NCBI GenBank assembly: GCA_951406725.2
Contig: OX597815.1
Coordinates: 209,498,001-209,562,000 of the forward strand
Reading direction: 5' to 3'
Source of the DNA: Octopus vulgaris
Lineage: Eukaryota
Length of the DNA stretch: 64,000 nucleotides
Below are positions 1-14,199 of the stretch, piece after piece; position 1 is the stretch's first letter; each line of letters begins with the position of its first letter. A program made the translations under genes and the position numbers. A model generated the notes under the pieces. The model saw only the letters and a list, made by a program, of their open reading frames with translations, was not told the origin of the DNA and did not search any database.

Positions 1-97
1 GAATAGGGCCCAGTGGGTTGATAATTTAGTACGGGCAGGAAAGGGAACTAAAGCTTTACAAACTCTACCAATCAATTGATTTTCGTTAAAACATCTA

Positions 98-1366
98 TCA
101 GGTTGAGTAAAAAATAAACAACGTTTTGAACCAAGAAGAACTTGTATCGGATTTTTGCAGAATTTTGAATTTTTTAAACACTTTTTTTGCAATTGTCTGA
201 TAATACAGACATAGACTTGTCCAAATGCATCAATAAATTAACATTGATATTATTTCATCTGAAATGAAACTGTCAAAGTGCAATATTCGAACAATTTTGC
301 TATTCAACTTCAAAAAAGGACTTAAAGCAGCTGGAACTGCTCACGGTATCAATGAAGCGTTTGGTGAGGAAATGACCATGACCAGTGAATGGTCAGCTCG
401 AAAATGGTTTAAACGTTTTCGCAGTGGAGACCTGAGCCTTGAAGATCGTGAGCGTAGTGGATGCCCAACTGTTGTCGGTGACAGTCAATTAAAGACTGTC
501 ATTGAGAAAGATCTACGTAAAACCATTCGAGAACTGGCAAAAGAACTTCAAGTTAGACAGAAAACTGTCTGCTACCATTTGCATGCGATCCGAAAATCAG
601 AAAAGCTTCACAAATGGGTACCACAAGATTTGAATGATAATCAGAAAGTGGGCAGATATAAAATTTGCCCATCGCTTCTTCTCCATAATCAGACCGATCA
701 ATTTCTCGATCGTGTTGTAACTTGTGATGAAAAGTGGATTCAATACAATAATAAAAACGTTTTTCGCAGTAGTTGGATCAAAATGAAGCACCGAAAACCT
801 TCCCAAAATCTGAGCTCTTCAAAAAGAAGCTATGGTGACTGTTAGGCAGTGTACTGCTGGAGTCATCCACTATAACTTCCTAGAACTCGGAAAAACTATT
901 ATTGCAGAAACAAATTGTCACGAAATTGCCAAAATGAACGAAAAACTGTTGCTCCTCCATCTCTGACTGGTCAACAGAAAAGGGCCAATCGTTCTTCATG
1001 ACAATTCTTGACCACACGTTTCACTAATGGCGCTCCAGAAGTCGAGGGAACTTGGCTACAAAGTTCTTCCCCACCAGCTTATTCCACAGAACTTTCTCCT
1101 ACCGACTACCACTTTTTCAAGCACCTTCATGATTTCCTGCGAGAGGAGTTCAAAAATCAAACTGAGGCTGAAAGTGCATTCCAAGAGTTCATCAGCTCCA
1201 GAACTCCAGATTTTTATATTACTGGAATAAACAAACTTGTAACTCGTTGGCAAAAATGTGTTGAGTGTAATGGTACTTACTTTGAGGAATAAAATTACCG
1301 CATTATTGAAATATATTGTGATGGATTTCATGTTTCAAAAATTTGCTTACTTTTTACTCAGCCTGA
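98..1366 (+). mobile_element. Full-length mariner (DD34D) transposon with frameshifted transposase
   Basis: Imperfect TIRs TCAGGTTGAGTAAAAA.. / ..TTTTTACTCAGCCTGA; TA TSD at 96-97 and 1367-1368; motifs WVPQDL, TCDEKW, HDNS, YSTELSPTDY, RWQKCVE split over several frames (264-1292). Confidence 0.93.
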
Positions 1367-2344
1367 TATTTTATACTATTGTTAATAAAAGTGACATCAA
1401 ATAACGTCTTTAGAGGTAATAAGGGTTCGCTTACCCCTAGTGACAATTAAAAGAATGTTGCTGTGAGAGGATGTTGGGTTAGGGATATTGAGAATCAGAT
1501 CGAACCAGCAGAAAAGGTCTGCTATGCAAGGAATGATTACCGAGATACCGACACTATCAGGCTACATGGGTGCTATTGTTTATACAGTTATGACACTAAT
1601 TTGTTTGCTACTATTGTTTAGCCACAGGTTAACCCTATTAAGCAATCTTATGTTATAAGGCGTTCCAACTGTGGCCATCTTTTCTTATATTTGTTACTAC
1701 ATTATCCAAAGTGACGTATCTTGCTGATGAGGACGGGATGAGATGTGAAGGAGAATGGTCAAACTGGAGAATAATTTCTATAGGATTTTCTATTCTGTGG
1801 TCTGGTTAGAAGAAATAAAAAGAAAACTGTGTGAATATAAATGTCTTGTGAGAACTGTTTCAGTCAAGTAAGTGTCTACTGTTAGCAAGATTACATTATC
1901 AGCGAGTTTAGCGAGGAATCAAATCATAAGCATATCAAATAAGGAATTATTGCTTAGCTAGATGTTCACAAGCATTATTCCTGCACTTCTCTCCTGTTAA
2001 TTGTAATTCTTGAGCCACTAATGCCAGAGTGCTGAAGTATTTGACATTAGAAACTTTTATATATATTTCACTGTATAATCTGCAGAATAATTGCAGCAAA
2101 AGTTCAAAGGCTAGTATAAGAGTCAAAAGTTAAGATGCCAAAATCTTTGTAGTGATTAGTTCATCTCCAGTAAATTCTCATAGTGTGGCAAAAATCCAAC
2201 AATCATACATAGTATGATATATATTAGAATAATAGACAGTGATAGAGAGTGTGTAATGTATGTGTAGTTTGAGAAGTAGCTTTGAGTGATATGTAGGAAG
2301 AGATGCATTTATCCCTTTATTTTATTATTTTCATCGTTTGGGCT

Positions 2345-2935
2345 GGGAGGACTGTGTAGCTTCCGTCCTGAACGAAGTACAACCGATCAGTTATTCACTT
2401 AACGGCTGGTCTTCGAAAACCCGTGGGGATATTTCCAAGAGGTGTACACTTACTTTGTAGACCTCGATAAGGCATATGACTGTGTTCCACGGGATATGTT
2501 TTGGAGGGCCTTGCAGGAGTCTGGGATTAATGAACAACATCTTGTTGCCGTGAAGTCCCTTTACGAACGCCCAGATGTCTATGCTGAGGTAAATGGTGCA
2601 AAGTCGGAACCTTTCAACGTGAGTGTTGGACTTTGGCAGGGTGAGTATTATCATTACTCTTTTTCATAATTTCCTTGAGCTGAATTGATATGCGCTGCTG
2701 TTGTAGAAGTAGGATAAGTCAGCTGATATTTGCAGACAACTTGACTCACCAGAAGGTGATCTCCAGCAAGCATCGAATGGGTTTGCTGTCAAGTGTTGCA
2801 AGGCAGGAACGAGAATTAGTTTTGTGAAGACTGAGATATTGGGCTTCTCAAGAAACTCGTCCCAGTACACGCTGCATGTTAGTGAAACCTCACAGAAGCA
2901 AGTGAAGAATTCAAGGGCCCGTATTCATGAAAGAT
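2345..2935 (+). mobile_element. Degenerate RTE-type LINE reverse transcriptase fragment
   Basis: FVDLDKAYDCVPRDMFWRAL...SEPFNVSVGLWQG RT motifs, then stops and frameshifts. Confidence 0.75.
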
Positions 2936-3423
2936 GGAATGCAGGAGGTCTACTTACATACCAAGAAGACTCCGAAGAACCAAAAATTACATGTGAAATG
3001 CTGCAGGATTTGGAAAGATAGTGTCGATGTTTGAATGTTTACACTATATACAACGTCGACTTGTTTGCTGGAAAATATGACATTCCATTCTAGAACACCC
3101 CTTCTTTTGTTCAGACAGTGTACCTTACCCTATATCATTCAATGTGTCCGTTTTAGAAAGACAACAGAGAGAATTATTTGAGCGAGATATGAGTGTTGTT
3201 TCTTGCAGTTTCAGCTATTATTTAGGTAGAGGCTCTCTTGTGAGATCGTTTTATGCATTGTCATCTTTGTTGGTAAAAAAGTAGACTGCAATAAGAAGAT
3301 GGCGGAATACGTGTGGTACAACATAGCAATGAAATATGAGTATCGAATATGGCGGGATCTATAGGCAATGGATGAGTTTTAGAACCTAATCGTTCAGGTA
3401 ATATTTACCAGCACTTAAAGACA

Positions 3424-3632
3424 GCGAGCTGGCAGAACCATTTCCACGCCATACAATATACTTAGTGGCATTTCGCCCGTCTGTTCTTCTGAGTTCAAGT
3501 TCTACCTAGGTCGAATTTGCCAGTCATCCTTTCGGGATCGATAAAATAAGTATCAATTGAGCACTGGGGTCGATACAATCAGCTTATCCCTCCTCCAAAT
3601 TTGCTAGTCTTGTGCCAAAATTTGAAACCAAT
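3424..3632 (+). mobile_element. tRNA-derived SINE family B (Nin-domain-like), diverged
   Basis: GCGAGCTGGCAGAA head, GAGTTCAA B box, CATCCTTTCGGG.TCGATAAAATAAGTA core shared with copies at 33251, 34359, 40595, 42080. Confidence 0.75.
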
Positions 3633-4537
3633 ATTTATCCCCCCTTAAACGTGGATGTTCTGTTAGAACAGACTATACTACAGTGAATACCATAAGAGAC
3701 ACTCACATATTGGTTTTAGTGCAAATGCACTCTTGTTTATATGGGTTGCAGGGCGATAAATATCTGCCATCTGCAGTACTGAGACTGGCAGATCTTGTGG
3801 TTTCGACCTTCCTTGTATGTGTGTGTGTGTGTGTGTGTATTAACAAGCTCACTGGCTAATCTCTTTGATATATAATATTAATTGATTTGAAAAGACAAAG
3901 CTTAAATCACTGACAGAACAACTGGGTATTTAAATCAATTGTTAGTGCATTCAAAAGAGTTGACAGTTCTGGAACGGACAATGTATTATGAATGGATACT
4001 GTATAGCGAGAACGAGGATGAAAATCTGTGATGTACTGACAGTGGAAGGTGTTAAAAATACAAGAGATATTACTGCTGACTCATTACCCCTTTTAACACA
4101 ACCACGACCTAGAGTGTTACAACTATATCCACCATTATTACTAAAGTCATGATTCTTTCCATGACAATTACTGCCTCCGTGAGCCTATCACGAACCAGTA
4201 CTTTCATCATCAATGTTATCATTATAGTTATTCTGACTGTTCCTGCCATCATAATTATTATGACCCTTACACTGTTTTTAATGTTATTATATTCATTATC
4301 ATCATCAACAACATCGTCATCATCATCAGCAGCAATTATTATGATCGGCGCTGCCACGAACTTTCTTCCTCGACACTATCGCATTTATCATCATGACTAT
4401 CAAATGAGAGGAAGACAATGTTTTGCTCTGTGCCAAACACTAGAGACATCACGAAGGCGAAGGCCACTCAGAATCTCTGTGTGTCAATGCACTTGCGTAG
4501 GTGTCAGCATGAATGTCATAGAAAAATGCATACATGT

Positions 4538-4855
4538 ATATTCAGGTGTGTATATACATACAAGTGGTATGAGTTCATATGTGTATATATGTCTGTGTGC
4601 ATGTGCATGCATGTGTCTGTATATGGTGGTGGTCGTACTTTTGTATATATGTTTATCTATATCTTTGTGAGCAGGGCTTACAATTCACAAACCCTCTAAT
4701 ATATTCGGGTGTGTATATGCATACAAGTGGTATGTGTTCATATGTGTATATATGTCTGTGTGCATGCGTCTGTGTATGTGGTGGTGGTCGTACTTTTGTA
4801 TATATGTTTATCTATATCTTTGTGAGCAGGGCTTGCAATTCACAGACCCTCTAAT
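4538..4855. repeat. Direct tandem duplication, ~160-bp unit x2
   Basis: 4538-4700 and 4701-4855 are near-identical. Confidence 0.85.
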
Positions 4856-5268
4856 TTTTTTCCTCAAAGTTTATGGGTTTCTTCTTTCCTTTTGACATTA
4901 ATGGTTTGGGCAGGATAGGGGTTTCTGTAATAAAAAAAATAAAATAAAAACTTATGTGATAACTCACTTAGCTTATCAGTTAACACAACTTTGGTTTCTA
5001 AACTCAACCAACCCATGTCAGAGAAAGAGAGAAAGAGCCAAACTTTTAATGATAAAATGCAGGTAATATCTCAAACGAGATAATCTTTCGTTTTAGTTTA
5101 TATCTTATTTTTAATTTTTATTTTCCTCCTGATTTTGTTTAGATTTTTTTTCTTTTATTGTTTATGATTTAACATATCTGAAAGATGGAATTAACAGAAC
5201 ATATTTGCATTGCATTCCTGAACATAAATTGATACACATCCTGCTTATGATTAATAATCCTTTCTACT

Positions 5269-5707
5269 ATACTCTTTTTACTCTTTTACTCTTTTACTCT
5301 TTTACTCGTTTCAGTCATTTGACTGCGGCCATGCTGGAGCACCGCTTTTAGTCGAGCAAATCGACCCCAGGACTTATTCTTTGTAAGCCCAGTACTTATT
5401 ATATCGGTCTCTTTTGACGAACCGATAAGTGACGGGGACGTAAATACACCACCATTGGCTGTCAAGCGATGTTGGGGGACAAACAGACACACAAATACAC
5501 ACACACACACACACACACATACACACACATATAAATATATACACATATATAAGACGGGATTCTTTCAGTTTCCGTCTACCAAATCCACTCACAAGGCTTT
5601 GGTCGGCCCGAGGCTATAGTAGAAGACACTTGCCCAAGGTGCCACGCAGTGGGACTGAACCCGGAACCAAGTAGTTGGCAAGCAAGCTACTTACCACACA
5701 GCCACTC
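5269..5707 (-). mobile_element. tRNA-derived SINE family A
   Basis: TGGCTGTGTGG A box, GGTTCAGTCCC B box, internal (TA)/(TG) tract, (AAAGAGTA)n tail; many copies in window. Confidence 0.88.
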
Positions 5708-6140
5708 AAGGCCTGAAATTTTGGGGGAGGGGGTTAGTCAATTATGTCGACCCCAGCACATAACAGTTACTTATTTCATCAACCTCGAAAAGATGAAAGG
5801 CAAAGTCGACCTCGGCGGAATTTGAACTCAGAACCTAAGGATAGATGAAATGCAGCTAAGTATCTTGCCTAGCATCCTTATAATTCTGCCAACTTGCCAC
5901 ATTGTTCTTACTACTAATAATCCTTTCTACTAAAAGCACAAGGTCCGAAATACTGGGGGAGGGGGGTGACTGGTCGATTGCATCAACCCCCAGTGTTTCA
6001 CTGGTAGTTAATTTATTGATCGGGAAAGGATGAAAGGCATAGTCAACCTCGGCAGCATTTGAACTCAGAACCCAAAGTCTGACAAAATGCCGTTAATCAT
6101 TTTGCCCAGCATGCTAACGATTCTGCCAGTTTGTCACCTT
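5708..6140 (-). mobile_element. Two diverged SINE family B copies
   Basis: Reverse complement of the GAGTTCAAATTCCGCCGAGG / GCCTTTCATC core occurs twice. Confidence 0.75.
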
Positions 6141-6182
6141 TTACTTACTACAAAAAATAATAAATAGAAAAAAAAACGCCAA

Positions 6183-6553
6183 GGCGCAGGAGTGGCTGTG
6201 TGGTAAGTAGCTTGTTTACCAACCACATGGTTCCGGGTTCAGTCCCACTGCGTGGCACCTTGGGCAAGTGTCTTCTACTATAGCCTCGGGCCGACCAAAG
6301 CCTTGGAAACTTCTACTATAGCCTCGGGCCGACCAAAGCCTTGGAAACTGAAAGAAGCCTGTCGTGTTTGTCCCCCTAGCATTGCTTGACAACCGATGCT
6401 GGTGCGTTACTTTGCGGTTCGGCAAAAGAGACCGATAGAATAAGTACTGGGCTTACAAAAGAATAAGTCCAGGGGTCGAGTTGCTCGATTAAAGGCGGTG
6501 CTCCAGCATGGCCGCAGTCAAATGACTGAAACAAGTAAAAGAGTAAAAGAGTA
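6183..6553 (+). mobile_element. SINE family A with internal duplication and deletion
   Basis: GGCGCAGGAGTGGCTGTGTGG head, family tail, ~39-bp duplication at 6271-6348. Confidence 0.88.
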
Positions 6554-7074
6554 TTATTTGATTACAAATGATCAAGCAATGAGAAATATATTCATGCAGG
6601 CGCAGGAGTGGCTGTGTGGTAAGTAACTTGCTTACCAACCACATGATTCTGGGTTCAGTCCCACTGCATGGCACCTTGGGCGAGTGTCCTCTACTATTAC
6701 GACCGTGAGGCTGTGAGTTGGAATCACGGAGCAAGACACTTTATTTCACGTTGCTCCAGTTCACTCAGCTGTAGAAATGAGTTGCGACGTCACAGGTGCC
6801 AAGCTGTATCAGCCTTTGCCTTTCCCTTGGATAACATCGGTGGCATGAACAGGGGAGGCTGGTATGCATGGGCGACTGCTGGTCTTCCATAAACAACCTT
6901 GCCCGGACTTGTGCCTGGGAGGGTAACTTTCTAGGTGCAATACCATGGTCATTCGTGACCGAAGGGGGTCTCCGATACATCCTTACGTATCTCACACCTG
7001 TTTTCATTCCTCCACTTAACTCCGTGTTTCATATTTTCTCTATAATAACTATTGCTTAACCTTTTTCTTACATC

Positions 7075-7123
7075 GTCTCTGATGAAGGGATATAAAAAAA
7101 TATCCCGGAAACAGCTGTAAGAC
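7075..7123 (+). ncRNA. Minimal type I hammerhead ribozyme motif (PLE-type)
   Basis: gtct-CTGATGA-a-gggata[loop]tatccc-g-GAAAC-agct-GTA-agac: stems I and II, palindromic stem III, GUA triplet. Confidence 0.85.
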
Positions 7124-7182
7124 CTTCTCTTTATAATATTCTGAAATCTTTCACAGCCTTGGATTTTTAAAATCTCATTCTG

Positions 7183-7219
<37 letters not shown>

Positions 7220-7221
<2 letters not shown>

Positions 7222-7589
7222 AGCAAAACGTTCCCCGTCCAATGGACGGTGCTGAGTTGTCAAACATTTGAACCAAATTTTCTCAAAACAACTTGTCCGA
7301 CATTTCCATAGGCCTCCCCTTTGAGAAACACTGATTTAACCTAAATTTGAGACACCAGCAAAAAAAAAGAAATAAAGATAGACTTTTTTCTATTCCAAAG
7401 AAAAATGATTTTATTCACTTTATCGATCGCATTTTCACCTGGAATCGATCTTTGTAATTTTTTCAAGACTTATACACGCCCTGATACCGTCGGTATCTAC
7501 ATATCAAATTTGAGCGTAATCGGATGGAGGATACCCGAGATCTTAGAAGACACACAGATGGACAGACAGAACGGGTTTTATATAATAGA
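7220..7589 (-). mobile_element. Non-autonomous Helitron-like element
   Basis: Minus strand starts A|TC and ends CTTG|T, with subterminal hairpin CCGTCC-att-GGACGG. Confidence 0.6.
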
Positions 7590-7892
7590 TATATATATGT
7601 GCAAGAAATATAGCATGAATTGTGACAATTAGCATAAGGACTGATAAATTACCTAGAAGTGTCAGCTACATGAAGTACAATGTATGAATAGATACTAATA
7701 TATGTTTAGGTAGTGAGGAAAGAAATTACGTTCAATTGACAATGCAATTAACTAAAATTATTTTGCTTGTGATGTTAATATGTTAGTACTTACTTTTACT
7801 ATTGTATTGTAAATAGAATAGCTAAGTAATTTGCCTCATTAATTATATTAATATTAACGCACTTAACATAAGAAAATAATTGGAATATGTAA

Positions 7893-7955
<63 letters not shown>

Positions 7956-7960
7956 TGATG

Positions 7961-8050
<90 letters not shown>

Positions 8051-8354
8051 GAGGAAGACCTGGAAATAGAGGTAACTAGAATGTGGAATCTGAAAACAGA
8101 AACAATTCCTATCATAATAGGTGCATTAGGCATGATAAAAAAATATTCAGACAAATACAGAACAAAAACACCAGGACTTACAAACACATATAACATACAG
8201 AAAATTGCACTACTAGGCACTGCACACATCCTACGCAGAACACTTTCCATACAATAACCATCAGAGCATCACAACAAATCACAGCACATACCCAAGGCAC
8301 ACAGAGCTGTGCTCGGTAGTGAAGTGAAAGCACGCTATAAAAATAAAACTACTG
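8051..8354 (+). mobile_element. 5'-truncated R4/Dong-clade non-LTR retrotransposon (restriction-like endonuclease C-terminus and 3' UTR)
   Basis: EDLEIEVTRMWNLKTETIPIIIGALG..IQKIALLGTAHILRRTL*; (AAT)n on both sides; Dong elements are known to target (TAA)n. Confidence 0.8.
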
Positions 8355-8383
8355 AATAATAATAATAATAATGATAATAATAA

Positions 8384-8522
8384 CTAGGCACTGCACACAT
8401 CCTACGCAGAACACTTTCCCTACAATAACCATCAGAGCATCACAACAAATCACAGCACATACCCAAGGCACACAGAGCTGCGCTCGGTAGTGAAGTGAAA
8501 GCACGCTATAAAAATAAAACTA

Positions 8523-8525
<3 letters not shown>
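8384..8525 (+). mobile_element. Second, shorter copy of the same R4/Dong 3' end
   Basis: Near-identical to 8213-8354, same 3' junction into (AAT)n. Confidence 0.8.
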
Positions 8526-8570
<45 letters not shown>

Positions 8571-8599
8571 AATAATAATGATAATAATAATAATAATTA

Positions 8600-10180
<1,581 letters not shown>

Positions 10181-10198
10181 GTAATAATAATAATAATA

Positions 10199-10282
<84 letters not shown>

Positions 10283-10284
10283 GA

Positions 10285-10665
10285 GCATCTGTCATTGTCG
10301 ACGATGACCAGGATATAACATGGGAGAAAAAGGTTCATGGTATATTTGTCAGTGTCTCATCAGGCCGATGCTTGCTCGGAAGGTTCTGTTGCAGGTTGAG
10401 CTCTGGTGGTGTGCTGGGAATGAACGCAAAGAGCTGGCTCTGGACATGTGTGCAGCTCACGTTTTCTCTCTGCTCCTGCGATCCTATTCTGTTTGTGGTA
10501 TCTCTGTTGCCGCTGCTGCTATGCCTGGCAGGGTAGTCCCCTGCTCGTATTTCCCAGGTGTCAGAGTTGATCCTTAAGTACTTCAGTGAAGCTTTGAGTA
10601 CGTCTTTGAAGCGCTTTATCTGCCCACCTTCAGCCAGTTTACTGCAAAAACAGTCGGTTGGGTAG
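10285..10665 (-). mobile_element. RTE (BovB-like) LINE 3' fragment
   Basis: Minus strand GGQIKRFKDVLKASLK and FRASIGLMRH C-terminal motifs. Confidence 0.7.
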
Positions 10666-10852
10666 TCATACTCTTTACTCTTTACACTTTTACTCTCTTT
10701 TACTTGTTTCAGTCATTTCACTGTGGCCATGCTGGAGCACCGCCTTTAGTTGAGCAATCGAATTTTAAAAAAAATTCACCATATCATCGATACGAAACCG
10801 TGCCGTAGATGTATTCATCTTGCAGGACCCTTCCTCAGGAAGTGCATTCGCT

Positions 10853-11259
10853 CTTTACTCTTTTACTTGTTTCAGTCATTTCACTGTGGCCATGCTGGAG
10901 CACCGCCTTTAGTCGAGCAAATCGACCCCAGGACTTATTCTTTGTAAGCCTAGTACTTATTCTGTTGGCCTCTTTTGCTGAACCGCTAAGTTACGGAGAC
11001 GTAAACGCACCGGCATCGGTTGTCAAGCGACGTTTGGGGGACAAACACAGATACCACACAAACACATACACACACACATATATATATACATATATAAGAC
11101 GGGCTTCTTTCAGTTTCCGTCTACCAAATCCACTCACAAGGCTTTGGTCGGCCCGAGGCTAAAGTAGAAAACACTTACCCAAGGTGCCACACAGTGGGAC
11201 TGAAACCAGAACCATGTGGTTTGTAAGCAAGCTACTTACCACACAGCCACTCCTACACC
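10853..11259 (-). mobile_element. SINE family A
   Basis: Full head, body and tail match to other copies. Confidence 0.88.
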
Positions 11260-11339
11260 TATGTCATGTGTCAGGCATTAAAAAAAAGTAGCATGCCCAC
11301 CTGACCTGCACTCTCCTCAGCAGTGTGTAAGCGCTTGGC

Positions 11340-11522
11340 AGAACAGCTCAAAAGAGGACCAGAAATATACAAAGCAGTGAGGAACCACTCTGGTACAAAA
11401 GCTCACCAAACTCTTTCAGACCATATTCCAAGAGGAAGATTGTTTCTCAGGAGTTCAGGGATGCTTCTATTGTCCATCTCTACAAGAGAAATGGAAAAAT
11501 GCAGTACTGTGACAACCATTTA
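11340..11522 (+). mobile_element. RTE LINE internal fragment
   Basis: QEFRDASIVHLYKRNG..CDNH motif typical of the RTE pre-RT region. Confidence 0.65.
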
Positions 11523-11861
11523 AAAATTGATACAACAATAATAGTAACATGAATTGTGGTATGGTAGATTAGAGGCCTGCTTAATCTAGATTAAATGTTT
11601 TGGATTGCAGCATTTATTTATGGAGCTTTGTGTTGCGAGTTCAAATCTCAATGTAGACAACTTTGCTTTTCATTATTTTGAAGTTGATAAAAATAAAGTC
11701 CCAGTCAAGTACAATGGCAAATTTGTATTTCTGTAATAAGTAGTTGATAGGAATGGAATTATTATGGAAGAAGAGAACAGTGTGGCATATTGTAAAATGA
11801 AATGTAAGAAATTTACATATTTAGATTTCCAAGATGACGTTTTTTTTGAAATTTGTTTCAG

Positions 11862-11920
11862 ATTTGACACAGAGGTCAGAGGAAGTCAAAACTGGGATTG
11901 GAAAAATAAAATGATTCGAG
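11862..11920 (+). CDS. Candidate penultimate exon of an unidentified gene ([19 protein letters not shown])
   Basis: ttgtttcag acceptor, non-repeat sequence, phase joins the exon at 14200; donor reads GA, not GT. Confidence 0.45.
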
Positions 11921-12284
11921 GAATATATGCGTGTGTGTATGTGTGTGTATGCATATGTGTGTGTACATGGGGTGTGTGTATGTAGGGTGTGTGTATGTGG
12001 GGTGTGTGTGTATGTGGGGTGTGTGTGTATGTGGGGTGTGTGTATGTGGGGTGTGTGTATGTGGGGTGTGTGTATGTGTGGGTGTGAATGAGTTTGAGCA
12101 TATTATATACATATGTCTGTATATATATATATATATGTATGTATATATATATATGTATATAAATATATACATATATGTATATATATATTTGCATATATAC
12201 ATATATGTGCATATATACATATATTAATATGTATATGTGTGTGCATATGTATTTACATATACATTTATACATACACACACACAT

Positions 12285-12316
<32 letters not shown>

Positions 12317-12495
12317 TTCTACACACTCATACACATATACATACATGCATATATACATATATGTATAAATATACATATATACATACATATACACACACAC
12401 ACACACACACATATATGTTTATATATGTATACAGACACTCATGCAAGCACACACACACGCACACATGCACACACCCCCACACACACATGCACACA

Positions 12496-12533
<38 letters not shown>

Positions 12534-12732
12534 CACCCCCCCACCACACACATAGGTATGTATTTGTATGAGAAGAAAGAATCAGAAATTGCCAGAAAAT
12601 TGCAGAGATCAAGACAGGGTAGTGTTGTAAATTCTTCAAGCTTAAAATTATGCACAAAATTAGTTTGAAACATTCTGAGATAAAGAATAAGTAGAAAAGG
12701 TCGTGAATTTACACTTCTTGTGTTACACATTA

Positions 12733-12733
<1 letters not shown>

Positions 12734-12765
<32 letters not shown>

Positions 12766-13640
12766 TATCATCGTCGTCGTCATCATCATCATCATCATCA
12801 TCACCACCACCATCATCATCATCATCATCATCATCTTCATCATCTTCAGCATCATCATCATCATCATCATCATCATCGTCGTCGTCGCTTAACGTCTGCT
12901 TTCCATGCTGGTATGGGTTGGACGGTTTGACTGTGGACTGGCAAGCCAGAAGGCTGCACCAGGCTCCAATTCGATCTGGCAAAGTTTCTACAGCTGGATG
13001 CCCGCCCTTTCTAATGCCAACCGCTCTGAGAGTGTAGTGGGTGCTTTTTATGTGCCACCGACACAAGGGCCAGTCAGGCAGCACTGGCAATAACCATGCT
13101 CAAATGGTACCTTTTTAGATGCCACTGGCATGGAACAAGTCAGGTAGCACTGGCATCAACCATGCTTGAATAGTGCTTTTTATGTTCCACAGATATGGGA
13201 CCCAGTCAGCTGGCACTGGCAACGGCGCTTAAGGTGGTTCGGTCATGCGGCCCGGCGTCCAGAGGGTGAGCTGATTCACGATTTCCTCCTCCGACCTCCA
13301 CTTCCCAGCTGGCGCAAACGCACAGGCGGGCAGCTGAAGACCTGGGCAACGATGATAACGGAGGACCTCTCCAAACTCTCAGGTCCATAGGTGGTCGGTC
13401 TGCGCAGATGAAACCGTGAATGGCTCACTATCTCCAGTGACCTCGCACAGGACTGTCAAGCGTGGGCCACCATGGTTCGTGATGCCGTTAGGACCAGAGA
13501 AGAAACCGGCTCAACCCGCCTTGAGTGAACGCCGTCACAAGTACAAGTAAGTACTGGCAACGATCACGCTCAGATGGTCCTTTTTACGTGCCACTGGCAT
13601 GGGTGCCAATCAGGCTGTACTGTCATCAGCCACGACAACA
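12734..13640 (-). mobile_element. SINE-like repeat with (GAT)n tail, carrying a nested RTE insertion
   Basis: (CAT)n at 12734-12886 abuts a repeat body that recurs in degenerate form at ~14900-15010. Confidence 0.6.
13225..13552 (+). mobile_element. 5'-truncated RTE LINE 3' end with TSD
   Basis: RRLRWFGHAARRPEGELI..GGQLKTW; CAAGTACAAGTAAGT tail; ACTGGCAACG repeated at 13215-13224 and 13553-13562. Confidence 0.85.
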
Positions 13641-13655
13641 ACTTATTCTATCATA

Positions 13656-14053
13656 TCTTTATATATAAAAGAGAAGTTGTGTGCTGTCTGTCTCCTAAGA
13701 TTTAGATTCCTAACTACTCCCACATTTTGCGGTGCAGTTTAACCAAAAGCGGGTATCTTATAGTCGTGATTCATATCGAGCCCTTCTGAGTATTAGCGCG
13801 CGTCTTTGATGAGTCTACGATTAAAAAAAAAATTATCATAATTGTTTCCCATTTTTAATGCATTTTTTTGCTATCATATAAGGGAAGTAACTCTCTAAAA
13901 ATGTATTATTAAATCTCAGAACGTAAAAAGCTACAGTAACACCCCTCCTTTGTGGTTAGCCATATTGAAATGGCTATTATACTTTACATCTCTAAAAATG
14001 CTTATATAGTTATTTCCCTTACAAACCCGAGCAACGCCGGGCGATACTGCTAG
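13656..14053 (+). mobile_element. Non-autonomous Helitron
   Basis: A|TC start, CTAG|T end, hairpin CCCG-agcaacgc-CGGG near the 3' end, no TSD; relatives at 49739, 52071, 54821, 57023. Confidence 0.85.
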
Positions 14054-14199
14054 TTCTACATAAAATTCATTTATAAATAGTTATTATCCTGCAATGACTG
14101 ATTATTTCTTTATTTTTCGATACTGAATTATCAGCTTTATGTTGACATTTTCAGTTTGTATTGAAATTTACATTTTCAATGTTTGTTCTGTCTGCTTAG

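Noticed and set aside
1724-1760. CTGATGAG match as a hammerhead
   Set aside because: No stem II, GAAA box or stem I
4109-4670. 173-aa hydrophobic membrane-like ORF
   Set aside because: Built from decayed (CAT)n and TG-rich repeats
6183-6260. tRNA genes at SINE heads
   Set aside because: A and B boxes run into repeat bodies; no complete cloverleaf or terminator seen
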